Source: an uncultured Verrucomicrobiae bacterium
GTDB taxonomy: Bacteria; Verrucomicrobiota; Verrucomicrobiia; Limisphaerales; UBA11358
Direction of reading: 5' to 3'
Length of the DNA: 64,000 bases
Assembly: GCA_963744965.1 (NCBI GenBank)
Contig: CAVUVT010000002.1
Span: forward strand, 79,440-143,439
Within the stretch, counting starts at the first letter, position 1, and every line of letters starts with the position of its first letter. Below the pieces are notes generated by a model. It was not told where the DNA came from and made no database searches. It saw only the letters and a list, made by a program, of their open reading frames with translations. Positions 59,744 to 64,000 of the stretch are shown in pieces. Both the position numbers and the translations under genes were made by a program.

Positions 59744-59796
59744 TTTTATTCCGGCAAAATAATAGCAGGTTTAGATCCCCCTTGCATGACGGTTTT

Positions 59797-59938
59797 CAGC
59801 CGCGTAGCGGCGGCATCTTTGTAGTTTTTCCGTTTCAAAAAAAGCTCCGTCAGGAGCGGCATATTTCGATGTCGCTCCTGCCGGAGCTGAATTTTATTTG
59901 GGCAAATATTCCACAAAGATGCCGCACCTACGGTGCTG
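59797..59938. repeat. Nested REP-like palindromic element
   Basis: Outer arms CGGCATCTTTGT/ACAAAGATGCCG; inner arms AGCTCCGTCAGGAGCG/CGCTCCTGCCGGAGCT. Confidence 0.7.
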
Positions 59939-59971
59939 GAAGTCTTCGTGTTTTCCATTTAGACTCCGCGC

Positions 59972-60958
59972 ATGACGGTTCTCGAAGCGATCCAAAAGAG
60001 CGCGGAATTTCTCGCCAAAAAGGGCGTCGAGTCGCCGCGCCTGCAAACCGAACTCCTGCTCGCGCATTTGCTCAAACTGCCGCGCATGAAATTGTATCTG
60101 AACTTCGAGCGCATGCTTGCCCCGGCGGAGGTGGATGGCTTTCGCGAATTCATCAAGCGCCGTGGCCAGCACGAACCGCTCCAGCACATCACCGGCTCAA
60201 CCTCGTTCTGCGGTTTCGAAATTGCCGTGAACCGTCACGCGTTGGTTCCGCGTCCCGAAACCGAACTGCTGTCGGAGTTGGGGTGGGAATTCCTGGCGAG
60301 ATTGTTGGCAGAATTGGAGCGCCGGTCTCCGACCCGGCGTGAAGGTGATGAACCGCAAAAACATGCCGGGCCGGAGGCCGGCGCTCCAATTGCGCTGGAC
60401 TTCGGCACCGGCACCGGTTGCATCGCCATCGCGCTGGCCGTGAAATGTCCGTCCGCAAAAATTGTCGCCACGGACGTTTCCCCCGATGCTCTGACGCTGG
60501 CCAGGGAAAATGCGGTGCGAAACAACGTTGCGGAACGGATTGAATTTCTGCAAAGCGATGGTTTTGCCGCCTTGAAGGACGGGTGGGGCGAGCGTCCTCG
60601 CGAGCCGGGAGAAAATACCACAGCCGACGGCTCGCCGGGAGTCTCGCCCCACCAATTCAATCTGATTGTCAGCAATCCGCCCTACATTCCCTCCGCCGAA
60701 ATTGCCACGCTCCAGCCGGAGGTGCGCGATTTCGATCCGCACACGGCGCTGAACGGCGGCGCGGACGGCCTGGACTTTTACCGGAAGCTGGCAGCGGAGG
60801 CGAAACCGTTCCTCAAACCGGGCGGAAAAATCATGCTGGAATTCGGTGACGGCCAGGCTGACGCCGTCCGGAAAATCTTTGAGACCGAAAAGTGGGTTGT
60901 CGAAGCAGTGAAGGAAGACTACTCTCACCGCGCCAGAATTCTGGTCGCGCGACGCTGA
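59972..60958 (+). CDS. prmC: Release factor glutamine methyltransferase
   Basis: EPLQHITG, LVPRPETE, DFGTGTGCIA, SNPPY, GGADGL. Confidence 0.95.
   Translation: MTVLEAIQKSAEFLAKKGVESPRLQTELLLAHLLKLPRMKLYLNFERMLAPAEVDGFREFIKRRGQHEPLQHITGSTSFCGFEIAVNRHALVPRPETELLSELGWEFLARLLAELERRSPTRREGDEPQKHAGPEAGAPIALDFGTGTGCIAIALAVKCPSAKIVATDVSPDALTLARENAVRNNVAERIEFLQSDGFAALKDGWGERPREPGENTTADGSPGVSPHQFNLIVSNPPYIPSAEIATLQPEVRDFDPHTALNGGADGLDFYRKLAAEAKPFLKPGGKIMLEFGDGQADAVRKIFETEKWVVEAVKEDYSHRARILVARR
60312..60391. repeat. REP-like palindrome in frame within prmC (1)
   Basis: 27-bp arms, 25/27 complementary. Confidence 0.85.
60582..60653. repeat. REP-like palindrome in frame within prmC (2)
   Basis: GGTGGGGCGAG..GCGAGCCG / CGGCTCGC..CTCGCCCCACC. 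Confidence 0.8.
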
Positions 60959-60963
60959 TTCTG

Positions 60964-61054
60964 AGCCACAGATTGACACAGATGAACACAGATTTTCCAA
61001 AAATCGTACGCGCGGAAATTCTTTATCTGTGTCAATCTGTGTTCATCTGTGGCT
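60964..61054. repeat. ACACAGAT-type inverted repeat element
   Basis: AGCCACAGATTGACACAGATGAACACAGAT / ATCTGTGTCAATCTGTGTTCATCTGTGGCT. Confidence 0.8.
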
Positions 61055-61074
61055 GAAAAAAAATTCAATTTCAC

Positions 61075-62337
61075 ATGGAAAGTTTTTTGATCAAAGGCGG
61101 CGTGCCCTTGCACGGCGAGGTGACCATCAGCGGCAGCAAAAACGCCGCGCTGCCCATCATGGCGGCGGCGTTGCTGACCGGCGAACCGTGCGTCATCCGG
61201 GGCGTGCCGGATTTGAGCGACACGCGCTTCATGGCGCAGATTCTCGCCTCGCTCGGTGCGATTGTAAAATTCGAGCGCGGCACGCTCACGGTCCGCGCGC
61301 AAAAGGTCCGCGGCTATGCCGATTACGAACTCGTCCGCAAGATGCGCGGCTCGATCTGCATCATGGGGCCGCTGCTGGGCCGCCTGAAAAAAGCACGCGT
61401 GTCGTTGCCGGGCGGCTGCGTCATCGGCGCCCGCCCCATCAATTTGCATTTGAAGGGGTTTGAGGCGCTCGGCGCGAAAATCACGATCGAAGGCGGTTAT
61501 GTCAGCGCCGCGGCGAAACATCTCGCCGGCGCGCCGATGTTTCTCGGTGGCCGCTCGGGCTCGACCGTGCTGGGCACGGCCAACGTGATGATGGCGGCGA
61601 CGCTGGCCGAAGGTGTGACGGTCATCGAAAGCGCGGCGTGCGAACCGGAAGTGGTGGACCTGGCCAAATTCCTCAACGCCATGGGCGCAAAAATTTCAGG
61701 CGCAGGCAGCCCGACGATTACGATTACCGGCGTCAAAAAGTTGCACGGCGCGAAGCATGAAGTCATTCCCGACCGGATTGAAGCGGCGACTTATGCGATT
61801 GCCGCCGCCGCGACCGACGGCGAAGTCACGCTCCGGGGCGCTCGCGCCGACCACCTGCGCGCGGTGATTGACAAATTGAATGAATCGGGCGTGACGGTTG
61901 AACGGCGCGGCGCCAATCTGCTGGCACATCGCAACGGCCAACTCAAATCGGCGGACGTGACCACGCTGCCCTATTCCGGTTTTCCCACGGACGTGCAGGC
62001 GCAGATGATGTCGCTGTTCGCGCTGGCACCGGGCATCAGCATCATCACGGAGCGGATTTTTGAGTCGCGTTTCATGCACGTGAGCGAGCTGGCGCGGCTT
62101 GGTGCGGACATCGAGATTGAGGGGCCGAGCGCCATTGTCAAAGGCGGGAAGCCGTTGAGCGGTGCGCCGGTGATGGCGAGCGACTTGCGCGCATCGGCGG
62201 CACTGGTGATTGCCGGCCTGGCGGCCAAAGGCACGACACAGGTCAATCGCATCTACCATCTGGACCGAGGCTACGAAAAAATGGATGCGAAGCTGCGAAC
62301 ACTTGGCGCACGGATTGAGCGCGTCGAAGAAACGTGA
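61075..62337 (+). CDS. murA: UDP-N-acetylglucosamine 1-carboxyvinyltransferase
   Basis: GSKNAALP, LPGGCVIGARP, PDRIEA, FPTD.Q, DLRA, LDRGYE. Confidence 0.97.
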   Translation: MESFLIKGGVPLHGEVTISGSKNAALPIMAAALLTGEPCVIRGVPDLSDTRFMAQILASLGAIVKFERGTLTVRAQKVRGYADYELVRKMRGSICIMGPLLGRLKKARVSLPGGCVIGARPINLHLKGFEALGAKITIEGGYVSAAAKHLAGAPMFLGGRSGSTVLGTANVMMAATLAEGVTVIESAACEPEVVDLAKFLNAMGAKISGAGSPTITITGVKKLHGAKHEVIPDRIEAATYAIAAAATDGEVTLRGARADHLRAVIDKLNESGVTVERRGANLLAHRNGQLKSADVTTLPYSGFPTDVQAQMMSLFALAPGISIITERIFESRFMHVSELARLGADIEIEGPSAIVKGGKPLSGAPVMASDLRASAALVIAGLAAKGTTQVNRIYHLDRGYEKMDAKLRTLGARIERVEET

Positions 62338-62349
62338 TTTGAAATAATT

Positions 62350-62386
62350 CCGGGGACGCGGACAAATTGCCCGCGTCCCCGGTTTC
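62350..62386 (+). terminator. Hairpin after murA
   Basis: CCGGGGACGCGG/CCGCGTCCCCGG followed by TTT. Confidence 0.6.
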
Positions 62387-62617
62387 CCCACAGACCACCC
62401 CCCGTAGCCGCCGTTGTGAAACGGCGGAAATCAACTCCGCTGGATGGATCCGCCAATTCACATTGGCGGCTACCAGATTTACAAGGCGTGGCGGGAAGCT
62501 GTGGGCGCGAGCGTCAAGAGATACGCCCGTGCCAACAGCTCCCCGCACACGCCCGTCTTCGCGGACGAACCGCTTCGACGCGCCAGGTCTGTGTCCCCAC
62601 TTCAAGCTGGCGCGGTT

Positions 62618-62956
62618 TCATACGGCGAGCAGTTCGCGGCTGCTCTCAAAAATCCGCGCCTGGCGTTCAGCCTGGCGGAGAGCAGCCTGGGTTTTTTCCT
62701 CGAACAGCACGGGGAACACCAGCAAGGGGTAAAGTGTCGCCCAAGCCAGCGCCGCCGCGTCGTTGGCCGCGCGCCGCAACGGAGGGTTCAACTCCGGCGC
62801 CGGCGCCTCGGCCAAATGCCGCGCGAGCAAACGGCTTTTGAGCCGTTCGAACTCGGTTTCCTGCGTGGCGCGAAACGGCGCCGGTGGAGCCGGCCGCACT
62901 TCGAACCGCGTTTCGGGGCCGAACCTGGCCGGCACCCGGGTTTCATTTTTGTTCAT
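62618..62956 (-). CDS. Hypothetical protein
   Basis: 112-aa ORF: RRAANDAAALAW.T.YPLLVFP.LFEEK. Confidence 0.7.
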   Translation of the reverse strand: MNKNETRVPARFGPETRFEVRPAPPAPFRATQETEFERLKSRLLARHLAEAPAPELNPPLRRAANDAAALAWATLYPLLVFPVLFEEKTQAALRQAERQARIFESSRELLAV

Positions 62957-62992
62957 GTTTTTTCCTTTCGTTTGGTTTTGGGTTAAAAAGCG

Positions 62993-63154
62993 AAAAACCC
63001 GCGATTGACTGGCAATCGCGGGTCCTTAAAAACTTGTCCTTTTAAATCAGAACTCCCCCCCCTCGATGCCAGAATGCCGGCAAACGCGCGTCCAAATGGA
63101 CATGCGTCCGTTGGTCTGCGCGTGCTTCAGCGTTGGAGCAAACGTGTTTTTCAT
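62993..63154 (-). promoter_or_regulatory. Attenuator-like leader: 35-aa uORF (63047-63154) plus intrinsic terminator (62993-63023)
   Basis: 11-bp stem with U-tail upstream of the CDS; uORF segment complementary to the terminator 5' arm. Confidence 0.6.
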
Positions 63155-63271
63155 ATTCAACCGGCAGGAAGAAACACCATTGGGGCGCGTTTGTCAAAGG
63201 GTTTTTTATGTTGAAAAGCAGCCTTTCTCAAGGCTTGTCGGATGGAGAAGTGGTGCTAAATTGGTTCAGGC

Positions 63272-64000
63272 ATGAGCGAACAATTACGGATGGTCACATG
63301 CGGGTGGTGTGAGACGAAGGTCTTCATCCCGGGCGACCTGGCGCCGCTGGGCACCGTGCCGTGCAGCAAGTGCGGGCATCCCATCATGATGCCCATGATG
63401 ATTCGGCAATTCGAATTGCGGAGCGTCGTCGGTTCAGGCGGCATGGGCACGGTCTATCGGGCCTGGGATACGACCCTGGAGCGCATGGTGGCGGTGAAGT
63501 TGATGCGGAAGGAACTGCTCAACGATCAGAAGGCACTGGAAAGTTTTTATCGCGAAGCCCGCGCCTGTGCCCGGCTTAACCATACGAACATCGTCCACAT
63601 CTACTCCTTTGACGAATGGGAGGGCCAGCAGTATCTCGTGATGGAGCTCGCCGATCATGGCAGCTTGGACGCGCGCATCGAGAAACTGCGTCTGCTGCAG
63701 GAATTGGACATGCTCGACATCGGCGTCAAAATCGCCTCCGCGCTCGACCTGGCGCTCAAGCACGATTTGCTCCACCGGGACATCAAGCCGGGCAATATTT
63801 TGTTCAACGCGGACCACGAACCCAAGCTGATTGACTTCGGCCTTGCCCGCAAAGCCGACGTGGAACACGAAGTGGAGGACGTGACGTGGGGCACGCCATA
63901 TTACGTCGCGCCCGAAAAAATCAAGCGCGAGCCGGAAACCTTTTTGTCCGATATGTACAGCCTCGGCGCCACGCTCTATCACGCGATGACCGGCCATGTG
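63272..64000 (+). CDS. Ser/Thr protein kinase with N-terminal Zn-finger (runs off window)
   Basis: CGWC..CSKC, GSGGMGTVY, AVK, HRDIKPGN, DFGLA, GTPYYVAPE. Confidence 0.93.
   Translation, partial: MSEQLRMVTCGWCETKVFIPGDLAPLGTVPCSKCGHPIMMPMMIRQFELRSVVGSGGMGTVYRAWDTTLERMVAVKLMRKELLNDQKALESFYREARACARLNHTNIVHIYSFDEWEGQQYLVMELADHGSLDARIEKLRLLQELDMLDIGVKIASALDLALKHDLLHRDIKPGNILFNADHEPKLIDFGLARKADVEHEVEDVTWGTPYYVAPEKIKREPETFLSDMYSLGATLYHAMTGHV

Noticed and set aside
1..64000. CRISPR array, rRNA, reverse transcriptase or retron/DGR
   Set aside because: No regularly spaced repeats, rRNA-like sequence or RT motifs seen

Overview
Most of the window (<1 to ~57,516) is the right part of a large integrative conjugative element (ICE). 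The host is probably a Verrucomicrobiota bacterium, inferred from PEP-CTERM, Ig/LamG surface proteins and REP types. From left to right the element carries: a DarB-like methyltransferase/SNF2 helicase that runs off the window; a VirB-like mating-pair operon (VirB2/3/4/5/6/8/9/10-like, no visible VirB11) with a divergent ClpB-D2-type AAA+ ATPase; ~25 kb of cargo (S53 protease, Ig protein plus beta-barrel, Sec-signal SpvB/FG-GAP/RHS toxin with an HNH-like tip and a downstream immunity-like array, LamG protein); a cluster of small DNA-binding genes including a candidate histone-fold protein; a coupling protein; a traKLM-like operon; a MOB_F relaxase; decayed cargo; and a tyrosine integrase. The integrase abuts only the 5' half of a tRNA-Ile2(CAU) gene, cut at the anticodon loop. 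Host genes follow: S1/P1 nuclease-like, HDAC family, prmC (with two in-frame palindromic insertions), murA, an attenuator-preceded hypothetical gene and a Ser/Thr kinase. The most notable observations are the ICE-borne histone-like gene, the split tRNA att site, an identical palindromic operator at the same spacing before the relaxase and AAA+ ATPase, a TnpV-like gene nested inside the helicase ORF, and REP insertions inside prmC. All family assignments come from motif recognition by eye; no database searches were run.
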